From positions 1,536,001 to 1,600,000 of the forward strand of contig CAVWVQ010000003.1 of the NCBI GenBank assembly GCA_963758525.1: a stretch of DNA of 64,000 nt, in the 5' to 3' direction. Shown in pieces: positions 41,299-51,988 of this stretch. Source of the DNA: an uncultured Phycisphaerales bacterium (lineage in GTDB: Bacteria; Planctomycetota; Phycisphaerae; Tepidisphaerales; Tepidisphaeraceae). The position numbers and the translations under genes are program-made. Each line of letters opens with the position of its first letter. Positions within the stretch are counted from its first letter, which is position 1. Below the pieces are notes generated by a model, which ran no database searches, was not told where the DNA came from, and saw only the letters and a program-made list of their open reading frames with translations.

Positions 41299-42402
41299 AT
41301 GAAAGTGATCTGCAATCGGGGTGCGCTGCTGGAAGCATTGATCGTGGCGGGGAACGTCGTGCAATCGCGCACGCCCAAGCCGATTCTGCAATGCGTGAAG
41401 ATTACCGCGGCGGACGATCGGCTGACGATTGCCGCCACAGATCTGGAAGTGGCGATTCGGTACACCGACAGCCAGGTGCAGATCGACCAGGCGGGCGAGA
41501 CCCTTCTGCCGGCTGACAAGCTGCGCGACATTGTCCGCGAGAGCGTCGACGACACGCTCTCGATCGAAGTGACCGGCGACAACGCCAGCATTCGCGGGCA
41601 GGATTCCCACTTCAAGATCTTCACCCAGAAGGCAGCCGACTTTCCTCCCATTCCCGACTTTGACGGCGAGGCGGACTTCGAAGTGGCGGGCGGACAGCTC
41701 AAGCAACTCATCGGGCAGACGCTCTTTGCCGCCGCCCGCGAGAGCACGCGATACGCCTTCAACGGCGTTCTGCTCTCGGCCAAGGCGAAGAAGATCAATC
41801 TCGTCAGCACCGACGGCCGCCGCCTGGCGATGGCCAAGGGAGATCTCACGACCGAGAAACTTTCGAAAGACGGCGTGAAAGCGATCGTTCCGGCCAAGGC
41901 GCTGACGCTGCTCGACAAGCTCATCGACGATCCGGAAGAGATGGTTGCCGTGAAGGTGAAAGAGAATCAGGTGATTTTTCACACGCCCAGCGCCACGCTC
42001 ACGAGCAATCTGGTCGAGGGTCAGTTTCCGCCATTTGAAGACGTCATTCCCAAGGACGTGGACAAGAAGATGGTGGCCAGCACAGCTGATTTTCTCAGCG
42101 CGATCCGTCGGGCCGCCCTGCTCACGACCGAAGAAAGCCGCGGCGTCCGGATGGCGTTTAACAAGAAGGGGCTGGTGCTGACGAGCCGATCACCCGAAGC
42201 CGGCGAAGCGACGGTGAATTTCCCCTGCAAATACGAGGGGACGGATGTGGAGATCGGCTTCAATCCCACGTTCGTCGTCGACGCGCTGCGCGTGGTGGAC
42301 AGCGATGAAGTTTCGCTGGAGCTGACCGCTCCCAATCGGCCCGGCCTGCTGCGCGGCGGGCCGGATTTTCTGTATGTGATCATGCCGGTGAGTTTGCAGT
42401 AG
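41299..42402 (+). CDS. dnaN: DNA polymerase III beta clamp
   Basis: PKPIL, ATDLE, DFP, STRYAFNGV, VSTDGRRLA, LVEGQFPPFEDVIP, IGFNP, YVIMPV. Confidence 0.98.
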   Translation: MKVICNRGALLEALIVAGNVVQSRTPKPILQCVKITAADDRLTIAATDLEVAIRYTDSQVQIDQAGETLLPADKLRDIVRESVDDTLSIEVTGDNASIRGQDSHFKIFTQKAADFPPIPDFDGEADFEVAGGQLKQLIGQTLFAAARESTRYAFNGVLLSAKAKKINLVSTDGRRLAMAKGDLTTEKLSKDGVKAIVPAKALTLLDKLIDDPEEMVAVKVKENQVIFHTPSATLTSNLVEGQFPPFEDVIPKDVDKKMVASTADFLSAIRRAALLTTEESRGVRMAFNKKGLVLTSRSPEAGEATVNFPCKYEGTDVEIGFNPTFVVDALRVVDSDEVSLELTAPNRPGLLRGGPDFLYVIMPVSLQ

Positions 42403-42441
42403 GACTTCAGGGTTTTCCCAGAAAAAGGGCCGTGGGCGCGT

Positions 42442-42849
42442 ATGCCGCCGATCACGAGCAGGGATTTTCAGAAGGTGGCCGCTGCTCGTCTGTTTGCGGC
42501 AGAGACGCTGCTTCGAGAGAAACTCACGCTCGACGCTCAATATATCGGAGGCTACACTGCTGAGTGTTCTTTGAAGGCGTTGATTTTGCATCTGACTCCC
42601 GCTTCGGAAATGCGGCAAAAACTGGATCGAATTACGCACGGGTCGCAGATGCACCGTATCGACATTTTGTTAGGTGAATTGCGGGACATAGGAATCTCGC
42701 TTCCTTCGCGGCTTTCCAAACGATTGAGGCGATTTGATTGGACTACTGACCTGCGATACGAAACCGGCAGGCGTGATACCGGCGAGACTTTCGGATTTTT
42801 GAAGACAGCGAAAGCCAATCACCAGTGGGTGGGGAGCCAATTACGATGA
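42442..42849 (+). CDS. HEPN domain protein
   Basis: ARLxxAExLL, AxYIGGYxAECSLKA, HxIxxL, WTTDLRY: the HEPN (PF05168-like) pattern. Confidence 0.75.
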   Translation: MPPITSRDFQKVAAARLFAAETLLREKLTLDAQYIGGYTAECSLKALILHLTPASEMRQKLDRITHGSQMHRIDILLGELRDIGISLPSRLSKRLRRFDWTTDLRYETGRRDTGETFGFLKTAKANHQWVGSQLR

Positions 42850-43187
42850 CCAGCACCGTCGAACATGCATGGGAGACGAAGCGGACCAAAGAGACGCGCA
42901 AGGTAGAGGACATTCTGCGGCGCGCGGGATTTGAGCAAGTCGACGCATACCGCTACAACTCGGCCTCGATCCGGCTTCGCGTGATAGATGCGAGATTCGA
43001 AGGGTTATCTCTCGCGAAACGAGACGGGCTGGTAGAGCCATTTATTGCGCAGCTTCCCGAAAAGACACAGGCTGACATCATCACCCTATTTACCTTCGCT
43101 CCCAAAGAACTGCGGCCGAAGTCTGGCATCTCTCGAGAGTTGCTCCAGAATGCCGAATTCGAAAATCCGAGTCCGTCGATTCTTTGA
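42846..43187 (+). CDS. hypothetical partner of HEPN (BolA-like or degenerate minimal nucleotidyltransferase)
   Basis: ATGA overlap with the HEPN gene; SIRLRVIDARFEGLSLAKRDGLV resembles the VVSxxFEGxxxxxR segment of BolA and of some MNTs. Confidence 0.65.
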   Translation: MTSTVEHAWETKRTKETRKVEDILRRAGFEQVDAYRYNSASIRLRVIDARFEGLSLAKRDGLVEPFIAQLPEKTQADIITLFTFAPKELRPKSGISRELLQNAEFENPSPSIL

Positions 43188-43235
43188 CGGACGTTGCGCC
43201 CCCCGTGAGCGCCTTTGTTGCGGGGCTGATCAGAC

Positions 43236-43706
43236 ATGTATCGCGTCACCATAGATCCGATGATTCAACGCCTTGCTCGCCACAAGCGCACCGACTCCCC
43301 CATGACCGACCCAATCGGCCCCGAACTGCTTTCGTTTTACAAGCACTCGGTTGAAAAACGGCAGGTGAAGTTCGGGAAGATTGCCGACTACTGGATGAAG
43401 CTGGTTCCACCAATTCTGGCGGACCACTGTTCACTTGAATCATTCTCAAAGGGCTCGCTCACGGTCATCGTCGACAGCGCTTCACATTTGTACGAACTGA
43501 AGCAGTTGCTGCTGGCGGGATTGCAGCAGCAACTGTTCCTGGCGGCCAAGTCGTCGGGATTGCGGAAGATCAGCCTGAAGCGCGGGAATTGGTGCAATGC
43601 CGATCAGCGCGTGGAGTTTGACGCGGGACCGCCGCGGGGGAATCGGTCCAACGTCACGCCAAGCGTCCCGAAAATGCGCTCCAGAAAAAAAACGCGGGGC
43701 CAATAG
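43236..43706 (+). CDS. DUF721 / DciA family helicase-loader-like protein
   Basis: WxxLVPPILADHCSLESFSKGSLTVIVDSASHLYEL; position downstream of dnaN is typical. Confidence 0.8.
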   Translation: MYRVTIDPMIQRLARHKRTDSPMTDPIGPELLSFYKHSVEKRQVKFGKIADYWMKLVPPILADHCSLESFSKGSLTVIVDSASHLYELKQLLLAGLQQQLFLAAKSSGLRKISLKRGNWCNADQRVEFDAGPPRGNRSNVTPSVPKMRSRKKTRGQ

Positions 43707-43734
43707 AACGTCCCTCGTTCACAGGCAGCGCGAG

Positions 43735-43783
43735 TCGTTCGTAGCCGCGGATGTACATCCGCGGCTTCTGTCCGCTGATCCGC
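43735..43783. repeat. REP-like palindrome GTAG-CCGCGGATGTACATCCGCGG, copy 2
   Basis: 24-bp perfect palindrome at 43743-43766, beginning within GTAG at 43741. Confidence 0.8.
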
Positions 43784-43806
43784 TACACTTGAACGAGAAA
43801 GGCCCT

Positions 43807-45753
43807 ATGTGCGGAATCGCCGGCGTCGTGACGTGGAGTGAGCAGTTTCGCATCCGGCGCGAAACGCTTGCCGCCATGTCTGCGAAAATCGCCCATCGGG
43901 GGCCGGACGCCGAAGGAATCTGGCTCAATCATGAAGCGGAGATTTCGCCGGGTCGTCCGCAGGTTGGCCTCGTACATCGACGGCTGGCGATTCTCGATCT
44001 GGACGCCCGGGCGAATCAGCCGTTCACCGACAACCGCGGCCGATGGATCGTTTTTAATGGCGAGATCTACAATTTCCTCGAACTTCGCCGGGAGTTGGAG
44101 GGACTGAAGCCAGACTACTCCTGGCGGACGACGTGCGACACGGAAGTGTTGCTGGCGGCCTACGACACCTGGGGCGAGAAATGCGTCGAACATCTCAACG
44201 GCATGTTCGCATTTGCGATCTGGGATCCACTTGCGGGCAGACTCTTCTGCGCGGTCGACCGGATGGGGCAGAAGCCGCTGTATTGGGCGGCGGCCGCGAA
44301 TGGCGAAGCGGTGGCGTTTGCCAGCGAGCTTTCGGCGTTGCGGAAGGTGCCGTGGGTCGGCTCGGCGACCGATCCAAATGCAGTGGCCATGTACCTGCAA
44401 TGGGGTTATATCCCCGCGCCGTGGACGATTTATACGAATGTCTTCAAATTGCCGCCCGCGGCGGCGGGCACGCTCGCGCCGGGGCCGCCGCGCCTGACAA
44501 CCTACTTCGATCCCAATGCACCTGCGCGAAGGTTGCGTGATGAGGAAGCGCCGCGCTCTGCGCCAGCTCGTTCTGCAAGCGGTGGCCCGGCAGTGCGTTT
44601 CGGATGTTCCGCTGGGATGCTTTCTTTCCGGCGGCGTTGATAGCTCGGTGATTGCCGCGGCGATGCCGCGCGACGCATTCAGTAAACCGGTGCGGACGTT
44701 CACCATCGGCTTCGAGGATCGGCGTTACGACGAAACGCGTTTTGCCGCCGCCGTGGCAAAGCACCTCGGAACCGAACATCATGAATTTGTGGTTCGCCCG
44801 AACGCGGCGGAAGATTTGCCGAAACTTGCCGCGGTATTCGGCGAGCCGTTAGGGGATTCATCGGCGCTGCCGACGCATTATCTCTCGCGAGAAACACGGC
44901 AGTTTGTGAAAGTGGCTCTCAGCGGGGACGGCGGAGACGAGCTTTTTGGCGGGTATGACCGCTATCGAGCGGTGCAAATCGCCGGACACCTGGACGCGAT
45001 GGCCACAACCGTCGATGCGTTGCGCCCATTGTGGATGCGCATTCCTGGCAGTCACCCCAAATCGCGCGGAGCGCGGATCACGCGCCTGCTTGGCTCAGTC
45101 GGGATGCCGCCCGGAAAACGATACCTCAGCTATCTGGAGTTGTTCAACACGCGGCAGATCGATGAGTTGCTTTCAAATCATGGCGATCGTGCGACCCCCT
45201 TGCGCGGCAGTTCTTTCTGCAGTTGTACGATTCGCTCGCACAAACCACCGACAACGTGCGCGCGGCTCTGGCGATCGATCGTCGCCATTATCTGCCTGGC
45301 GATCTGCTCGTGAAGCTCGACCGTTCGTCGATGCTTCATGCGCTGGAAGTGCGCTCGCCGTTCATGGACCACGAAATCGTTCGCTTCGCGTCGGGTCTGA
45401 CGACCCCGCAATTGCTCAAGGGCGGTTGGAAGCGGATGTTGCGCGAGGCTTTCGCCGACGATCTTCCCGCATGGGTTTTCAAACGAAAGAAGATGGGGTT
45501 CGCCGTGCCGATCGGGCAGTGGTTTCGCGACAGTCTGCGGGAGATGTTGCACGAGGCGCTGTTTGCCGCGGACTCGTTCGCGGCGGCGCACCTTCAGAAG
45601 GCGGCACTGGAGCGACTTGTAACGGAGCACGAACAGGAAACCGCGGATCATTCGCAAAGACTCTATGCACTGCTGATGTTGGAGCTTTGGCATCGGGGTC
45701 GGGATGGCTCGGCGCACCGCATCAACTCGTCCCAATCACAAGCACGAGCATGA
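43807..45753 (+). CDS. asnB: asparagine synthase (glutamine-hydrolysing) family protein (frameshifts near 44548 and 45205)
   Basis: MCGIAG, HRGPD, HRRLAILD, FNGEIYN, DTEV, DRMGQKPLY / SDVPLGCFLSGGVDSS, VALSGDGGDELFGGY / LVKLDRSSMxxALEVRSPF, RKKMGFAVP. Confidence 0.92.
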
Positions 45754-47119
45754 TGACTCCGTTGTTGAGCGCGTGAGCGGTCGCCGAGGCGACGATCGTG
45801 CCGCGCCATTCGCGGATGGCGGCGAACGTGAGCGCGATCATCGCCAGCGGCGGGATCGCGGCCCATCCCTGCGGATGGATCGCGGCGAAGATCAGGCTCA
45901 CAATCAGCGCGGAGAGCCACCAGCCATGGCGCTGGCGGAGGTGATGAAACAGCGCGCCGCGGAAAAGCGATTCTTCCGCGAGGGGCGCGAAGACCGAAGC
46001 CAGGAGAAACAGACGCACGGCTGAATGCAGGCCGGACGCCTCGTTGATGATCGGGTGGGCGGTCTGCGCTCCGCTGATTTTGGAAAGAATGAGCGTGAGG
46101 ATCGCTCCGGCCAGCAGCAGCGGAAGCCCGGCGATGTAGCCGACGATCCCCCAGAACATTTCGCGGAACAGGCCGGTTCCGAGGTGCCAGCCCAGGCCGT
46201 ATCGCAACTGGGAGCAGGTCACTCCGCGCAGAAGCGGCCACGCGAGCCCCGTCGCCACGGGGACACAGCCGGCGATGAGATACGCCGCGTTAATCGTCAC
46301 ATGCCCGGAGAAACGGCCGACCAGGGACGAAATGATGATCATCAGCGCCAGGTAGATCGCGAAGCCTTCAAGAAACGGCACGGTGTTGGTGACGACGGGC
46401 GTGTAGGCGGTGCGGATTTTTCCCTCGGCGATCTTCACCAGAGCGATGATCGCCAGCACCACACCGGCAATCAGCGCGGCGCCGGCGACGCATCCGACGC
46501 CGAGAATTACCGTCATCGCGCGCCATGCCGCTTGCATCGCGACCTTCCGATCCGGATCGGCAGCGGTTTTGCCAAATCCCAACGCCAAATGGCCGAACCA
46601 GCCATAGCGCGCAATGAGACGTGATCGGGCTTCGCCGCTGAGGGCAGTGCTGTCGGCTCCGTATACCGTCGACAGCGCCGCCGCGTCGGCACTGAGGTCC
46701 GGCGAGCGGCGAGATGTTCCCGCCGCGGCGATCCTCTGCATCGCCGATGTCGCGCCGCTCAACTCCCCGGCAACGATCGCCACGCGAAAATGATCCGGCG
46801 TGCTCCTTGCGACGGTATCGAGCTGGCTCAGATAGATGGGCGCCGGATCGATCGGAATTTGCTGGGGCGTTGGGCGCTTGACCATCGCGCTGGAGGCGAC
46901 GGCGTAACGCGCAATGATCTCGAGCTGAACATTAGGGGCCAGCTTGTTGGGAGATTCGGATGCTCGCTGAGTCGACTCGAGCCGATTGAGCGTGACGATC
47001 AGCGCGACGCAGAGGAGAATCACGATCCAGGAGCTGATCGCGCTGAGGCGGTTGTGGTACGGACAATGCGCGCCGGCGTCATCGCCGCTCGAGTAGTCGG
47101 GGTCAGCCGACTGCGTCAT
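45722..47119 (-). CDS. CPBP (CAAX protease/Abi) family intramembrane metalloprotease
   Basis: Multiple TM helices; APLAEESLFRG, FAAIH, AHALNN. Its start overlaps the gyrA stop. Confidence 0.88.
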   Translation of the reverse strand: MTQSADPDYSSGDDAGAHCPYHNRLSAISSWIVILLCVALIVTLNRLESTQRASESPNKLAPNVQLEIIARYAVASSAMVKRPTPQQIPIDPAPIYLSQLDTVARSTPDHFRVAIVAGELSGATSAMQRIAAAGTSRRSPDLSADAAALSTVYGADSTALSGEARSRLIARYGWFGHLALGFGKTAADPDRKVAMQAAWRAMTVILGVGCVAGAALIAGVVLAIIALVKIAEGKIRTAYTPVVTNTVPFLEGFAIYLALMIIISSLVGRFSGHVTINAAYLIAGCVPVATGLAWPLLRGVTCSQLRYGLGWHLGTGLFREMFWGIVGYIAGLPLLLAGAILTLILSKISGAQTAHPIINEASGLHSAVRLFLLASVFAPLAEESLFRGALFHHLRQRHGWWLSALIVSLIFAAIHPQGWAAIPPLAMIALTFAAIREWRGTIVASATAHALNNGVIMLVLVIGTS

Positions 47120-49767
47120 GGCGCGCCCGCGGGTCCGGAAGCATCGGGCGCGGGCGGCTCCGTTTCCGTCGCGTCCGCGGGGACGCTTTCCTCCGGCGGA
47201 GCCGGATCAACCTTGGCCATTGCGACGAGCTTGTCTCCCTCATCGAGCTTGATGAGCTTGACGCCGGCGGCATTTCGTCCGGTCTCACGGATTTCCGCGA
47301 CGCGGGTGCGGATGAGAATTCCCTGCTCGGTGATGAGAATCAGCTCGTCTTCGTCACAGACGGTCTGCATGCCGACGACGTCGCCGTTGCGGTCGGTGGT
47401 CTTGATGTTGATGACCCCTTTGCCGCCGCGCCGGATGAGACGGTAATCCTCGACCGGGGTGCGTTTACCGAATCCGTTGACGCAGCCGGTGAGGACCATG
47501 CAGTTGTTGGGGTCCTGCCCGTGCGGGACGACGATCATGCTGACGACCGCGTCGTCGGATTCCAGGTCGATCCCTTTCACGCCCCCCGCCGGCCGGCCCA
47601 TCGAGCGCACGTCGGTTTCGTTGAAGCGGATGGCCATCCCGTGCCGCGTGCCGAGCAGGATCTGATCTTTGCCGTTGGTGATTTCGATTCCGATCAGCTC
47701 GTCGCCCTCTTCCAGACCGATGGCGATGATGCCGCGGCGATTGATGTTGCCATACGCCGCCAGCGCGGTCTTCTTCACCACGCCCTTGCGCGTGCTGAAG
47801 AGGAGAAACTGCTCGCCCTTGCTGAAGTCCTTGACCGCCAGGACATTGGCGATTTTCTCGCCGGCCTGAAATTCCAGCAAATTGGCGACGGATCGCCCCT
47901 GGCTGGTGCGGCTCATCTCCGGCACGTCGTAGACGCGGCGCTCGTAGACGCGGCCCTGATTCGTGAAAAAAAGCAGATAGTCGTGCGTGTTGGCGACGAA
48001 CAGATGCTCGACGAAGTCCCCTTCCTTGCTTTCGGTTCCCTTGATTCCCCGGCCGCCGCGGGTCTGCGCACGGTAGGTGCCGACCGGAAGGCGCTTGATG
48101 TATCCGGCGTGACTCACGGTGACGATCACGTCTTCCTGGGCGATCAGGCTTTCCATGTTGAAGGCGCTGACGTCACCGGTGATCTCCGTCCGCCGGGCAT
48201 CGCCGTACTTTTCCTTCAACTCAAAAGTGTCTTCGCGGATGATGTCCATCAGGACGGTCTCGTCGCCGAGGATGCGCTGGTAGCCGTCGATCTCCTCGGC
48301 GACGGCTTTGAGCTCGTCGAGCAGCTTTTCGAGCTCGAGTCCGACGAGCTGGATGAGCCGCAAGGCGCCGATCGCCTCGGCCTGGACGTGCGTCAGACGC
48401 ATCGGCCGTTCCTGCCCTGCGGCTCCGGGAAAGACTCCGTCGGGGTAGCTCTGATATTTCTTGGGAACCAGCGTTGCAAAGCGATCGTTGGGGTCCCTGA
48501 CCACGATGTGGAATGCCCGCTCGCGCAACTTCTGGATCGCTTCCTCACGGGTTTTGCTGCTGCGAATCAGGCGAACGACCTCGTCGATGTCGCAAACGGC
48601 ATAAATAAGTCCTTCGAGAATGTGCTCCCGCTGCTGTGCCTTGCGCAGCAGGAATTTGGTCCGGCGGGTGATGACTTCCTTGCGATGCTCGATGAAATGC
48701 TGAATCAGCTCCTTGAGCCCCATCGTGCGCGGCTGGCGATTCACCAGCGCGATGTTGATCATGCTCACCGTGATCTGGCACGGGGTGTATTGATAGAGCT
48801 GATTGATGATCACGTTCGGATCGGCATCACGCTTGAGGTCGACCACAATGCGCACCGCGTGCTCGCGGCCGCTGTGGTCATTCACATCGGAGATATCCTT
48901 GATCCGATCGTCGCGCACGCAGTCGGCAATCGATTCCACGATCGTCTTGCGAATGATGCTGTAGGGGAGCTCTTCGATGACGATGATCTGCTTGTTGGTT
49001 CCTTTGACGTCCTCGATCTTGATCTTGGCGCGGAGTTGCAGCCGGCCGCGGCCGCTGGTGTACCCCTCGACGATTCCGTCACGGCCGCAGATGATGCCGC
49101 CGGTGGGAAAGTCCGGGCCCGGCACGATTGCCAGCAGATCGGCGATGGTGCAGTCGGGATGGTTGATGACGTGAACGATGGCGTCGCAGATTTCCCGCAG
49201 ATTATGCGGGAGCAGATTGCACGCCATGCCCACGGCGATGCCAGTGCTGCCATTGACCAGAAGGTTGGGAAATTTGCCGGGGAGAACCGTCGGCTCCGTC
49301 AGCCGATCGTCGTAGTTCGGCTGGTAGTTGACGGTGTCCAGCTCCAGGTCCTGAAGCAGTTCCATTGCGATGGCGGTCATGCGCGCTTCGGTGTATCGAG
49401 CGGCCGCCGGCGGATCGCCGTCGGTGGAGCCGAAATTTCCCTGAGCATCGACCAGCGTATAACGGAGGTTCCATTCCTGTCCGAGGCGGACGAGCGTTGG
49501 ATAGACAACCTGGTCGCCATGCGGGTGATAGTTGCCGCTGGTGTCGCCGACAATTTTGGCGCACTTGTAATGCTTGGCCCGCGGCCCGAGGTTCAGATCA
49601 TTCATCGCCACGAGGATGCGGCGTTGCGATGGCTTGAGCCCGTCGCGGACATCGGGCAGAGCCCGGTCCATGATGGTGCTCATCGCATAGGTGAGGTAGC
49701 TGTCCTGCAGCTCCTGTTCGATCTGAAGATCTTCCACCCGGTCGGCGGGGGGATTGCTTTGCGTCAT
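47116..49767 (-). CDS. gyrA: DNA gyrase subunit A
   Basis: [44 protein letters not shown], GyrA-box QTRGGRG, C-terminal pinwheel repeats. Confidence 0.97.
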   Translation of the reverse strand: MTQSNPPADRVEDLQIEQELQDSYLTYAMSTIMDRALPDVRDGLKPSQRRILVAMNDLNLGPRAKHYKCAKIVGDTSGNYHPHGDQVVYPTLVRLGQEWNLRYTLVDAQGNFGSTDGDPPAAARYTEARMTAIAMELLQDLELDTVNYQPNYDDRLTEPTVLPGKFPNLLVNGSTGIAVGMACNLLPHNLREICDAIVHVINHPDCTIADLLAIVPGPDFPTGGIICGRDGIVEGYTSGRGRLQLRAKIKIEDVKGTNKQIIVIEELPYSIIRKTIVESIADCVRDDRIKDISDVNDHSGREHAVRIVVDLKRDADPNVIINQLYQYTPCQITVSMINIALVNRQPRTMGLKELIQHFIEHRKEVITRRTKFLLRKAQQREHILEGLIYAVCDIDEVVRLIRSSKTREEAIQKLRERAFHIVVRDPNDRFATLVPKKYQSYPDGVFPGAAGQERPMRLTHVQAEAIGALRLIQLVGLELEKLLDELKAVAEEIDGYQRILGDETVLMDIIREDTFELKEKYGDARRTEITGDVSAFNMESLIAQEDVIVTVSHAGYIKRLPVGTYRAQTRGGRGIKGTESKEGDFVEHLFVANTHDYLLFFTNQGRVYERRVYDVPEMSRTSQGRSVANLLEFQAGEKIANVLAVKDFSKGEQFLLFSTRKGVVKKTALAAYGNINRRGIIAIGLEEGDELIGIEITNGKDQILLGTRHGMAIRFNETDVRSMGRPAGGVKGIDLESDDAVVSMIVVPHGQDPNNCMVLTGCVNGFGKRTPVEDYRLIRRGGKGVINIKTTDRNGDVVGMQTVCDEDELILITEQGILIRTRVAEIRETGRNAAGVKLIKLDEGDKLVAMAKVDPAPPEESVPADATETEPPAPDASGPAGAP

Positions 49768-49937
49768 GATTTCCCTTGCTGGACTGGCGGGGCGGAACAT
49801 CGGCCGCCAGAAGCTTCTCCGCCAAACGTTTCTCAAGCCCTCCGCGCAGGTGAAAATTCACCTCGGAGATACGTAGGAAATTATAAGCGAAATCGGCTGC
49901 GAAATCGACGCAGGGTTGCACGCCCGTCGTTGCGTCC

Positions 49938-49981
49938 TACTCCCTCTCCCGGTATTCCGGGAGAGGGTTGGGGTGAGGGTG
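49938..49981. repeat. intergenic copy of the CCCTCTCCC palindromic repeat family
   Basis: CCCTCTCCCGGTATTCCGGGAGAGGG hairpin followed by TTGGGGTGAGGG. Confidence 0.8.
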
Positions 49982-50200
49982 ATTTCGAACGTAGAAGGAC
50001 TCTTGTCTCTCCATGAGCAGAATGGTTGCCTGCAGCGACAATTCATTTTGTTGCGGATGCGAGGGTAGGTATCGGGAAAGGAACTCTTTTGGATCGAGAC
50101 GGCTCAGTCGCTTGCGAGCATCATCAGAACCTGCGCGAGCGACAGTTACGGAAGCATGGCGAGCCGCGGCCAAAAACGCGAACGTAAGGCTGATCCGGCT

Positions 50201-50824
50201 TCACGCACCCCAGATTTCTCCGAGGCGAAGAACAAGACCCGGAAACAGGGACGGGCGCAGCTCTTCGTCGCCCTGGCCGGCGGCGTCGTCATGGTATGCG
50301 CTGTCGCGGAGAATCAGGCACTGCAATCTCCGCTCGAATGGATCCAGCAACCAGTAGTTTGCAACGCCAAACTCGGCGTACCAGCGGCGCTTGGTTCGAT
50401 GGTCGTGGCTCTCATGGCCGGGGCTCACGCATTCAATGATGAGCTTCGGCGGGATGAGAATTCGCGTGCGCGCCAGATCCTTCCGCCCTGCCGCCAACGC
50501 GGCTTCTCGTTGCCGCTGCTTGTCGGCCGGGGTTAAAAAGGCGGCATCCGCGCGGGCAACCCGGTCTTCATCCACCACAATGTCAACTTCGGTCGCGAAG
50601 CTGCCTGCCTCTTCGCCGATGCGGGCGACAACGCGATAGATGAGTTTTTGAAGCGTCTCGCCGCCGACGAAATAAGCAGGAGGCATTGTGGTGAGGACTC
50701 CTTCGACGATTTCGTAACGGCCATTGAACCACTGTTGCTCGATGTCGGGATTGTCGAGATCGCGCGCTGTCCAGCCGGTGGTGCCGGGATCGAAGGGGCG
50801 GCAGTTTGCGATGCTCGCAGGCAT
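50201..50824 (-). CDS. Uma2 family (PD-(D/E)xK-like) endonuclease, copy 1
   Basis: RYEIVEGVL, ARADAAF, PKLIIECVSPG, DHRTKRRWYAEFGVANYWLLDP, SLFPGL. Confidence 0.88.
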   Translation of the reverse strand: MPASIANCRPFDPGTTGWTARDLDNPDIEQQWFNGRYEIVEGVLTTMPPAYFVGGETLQKLIYRVVARIGEEAGSFATEVDIVVDEDRVARADAAFLTPADKQRQREAALAAGRKDLARTRILIPPKLIIECVSPGHESHDHRTKRRWYAEFGVANYWLLDPFERRLQCLILRDSAYHDDAAGQGDEELRPSLFPGLVLRLGEIWGA

Positions 50825-50831
50825 GCAAAAG

Positions 50832-50837
50832 AGTATA
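50832..50837 (-). promoter_or_regulatory. -10 element (TATACT) 7 nt before the Uma2 copy 1 ATG
   Basis: Minus strand TATACT-CTTTTGC-ATG; identical spacing in copy 2. Confidence 0.55.
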
Positions 50838-50952
50838 TGGGCTGGGTCATACCCTTGGCGAGAAAATTCGAGTTTCAGGCTCGATGCTGGAAACAGCTAA
50901 ATGCTCTTGCGCGAACACGCGATGTCAATCTGCCAGGTGCCGCGCGAATCCA

Positions 50953-51070
50953 TGAAGAGGGAACACGAATCTGCACGAATGAAGCACGAATCTAACGAAT
51001 AAACGCGAGGAAAACTGCTTCGTGAAGGTTCGTGTGAAATTCGTGTCGATTCGTGTTCTGCATTTCTCGG
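50953..51070. repeat. CACGAAT inverted-repeat element, copy 2
   Basis: Aligns with the reverse complement of 31093-31211. Confidence 0.88.
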
Positions 51071-51214
51071 TACCTGCGGGCCGGGCGGGATCGCGCGGGG
51101 TCATTAAGCGAGCGAGGCGGCAAAAGGACTCGGAAAGGAGAGGCGGGTTCGACATGCATCGGTGATTCCATAGGAACATCGGTGGCATCGCGGCAGATGC
51201 GCCTACCATCGACC

Positions 51215-51937
51215 ATGCGCATTCCCCCGGCCGTGCCGTTACTGACTTTCGTGGCCGCGTTCGCGGGGTGCGCTTCTTCAACAACGACTGTTTGCCCATC
51301 AACCGCGAGCGGGCCGTCGGCGCCGCGGCCGACTCCAATCGAGACGGCGGATGGTGCGCAAGCGGCAGAGTCTCCGGCCCCTCCGTTCCTCCTTCATGAG
51401 GCGCCCCTTCCGCGGGATTTTCCCCCGCCGGGGCCGATCGGGGTGGTGATCGCAAAAGCGTATCCCCCCTGCCGCGCGGCGCGGGTGCAGGCGAGCGCGC
51501 TGCCGCAGGGGCGGCAGGACGACCTGTTCATGCTGCTCTTCAAGCACATCCAGAAAGAGAACCTGGCGATGACGGCTCCCATCGAGATGGAATTTGCCCC
51601 GTCCGCGACGACGACTCCCGCGACGCGTCATCCATCTCCGCATCCGCCAACATCCATGGCGTTTTTGTACGCCAGTTCCAGCGCGGGCAAAGTCGAAATG
51701 GATGGCAACATCGAGGTGCTCGATCTGCCGGCCGCCATGGTTCTCTCGGTGGGCGTGCGCGGAAGCTATGACCGCGCGCATTTCGAGCAGGGGATGAACG
51801 AGATCAACGCGTGGCTCGACATGCATCCCGGCAAGTATGAAGTCAGCGGGCCGCCGCGATTTCTGGGTTACAACAGTCCGTTTGTGCCGTGGTTCATGCG
51901 GTATGGGGAGGTGCAGTTGCCTGTGCGGGCGCGATGA
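51215..51937 (+). CDS. SOUL heme-binding family lipoprotein
   Basis: Lipobox AFAGC; FxxLFKHI, LAMTAPIEM, SMAFLY, PRFLGYNSPFVPWFMRYGEV. Confidence 0.85.
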   Translation: MRIPPAVPLLTFVAAFAGCASSTTTVCPSTASGPSAPRPTPIETADGAQAAESPAPPFLLHEAPLPRDFPPPGPIGVVIAKAYPPCRAARVQASALPQGRQDDLFMLLFKHIQKENLAMTAPIEMEFAPSATTTPATRHPSPHPPTSMAFLYASSSAGKVEMDGNIEVLDLPAAMVLSVGVRGSYDRAHFEQGMNEINAWLDMHPGKYEVSGPPRFLGYNSPFVPWFMRYGEVQLPVRAR

Positions 51938-51988
51938 ACCGGTTCCACAGGTCCATCCTGAAGGCGCTTTGTACCGGCTGAAAACGGT

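Noticed and set aside
47521..50016. Long antisense ORFs (831 aa opposite gyrA; also 33798..35729, 38078..39913, 16312..17658)
   Set aside because: These are shadow frames of GC-rich genes with no recognisable motifs.
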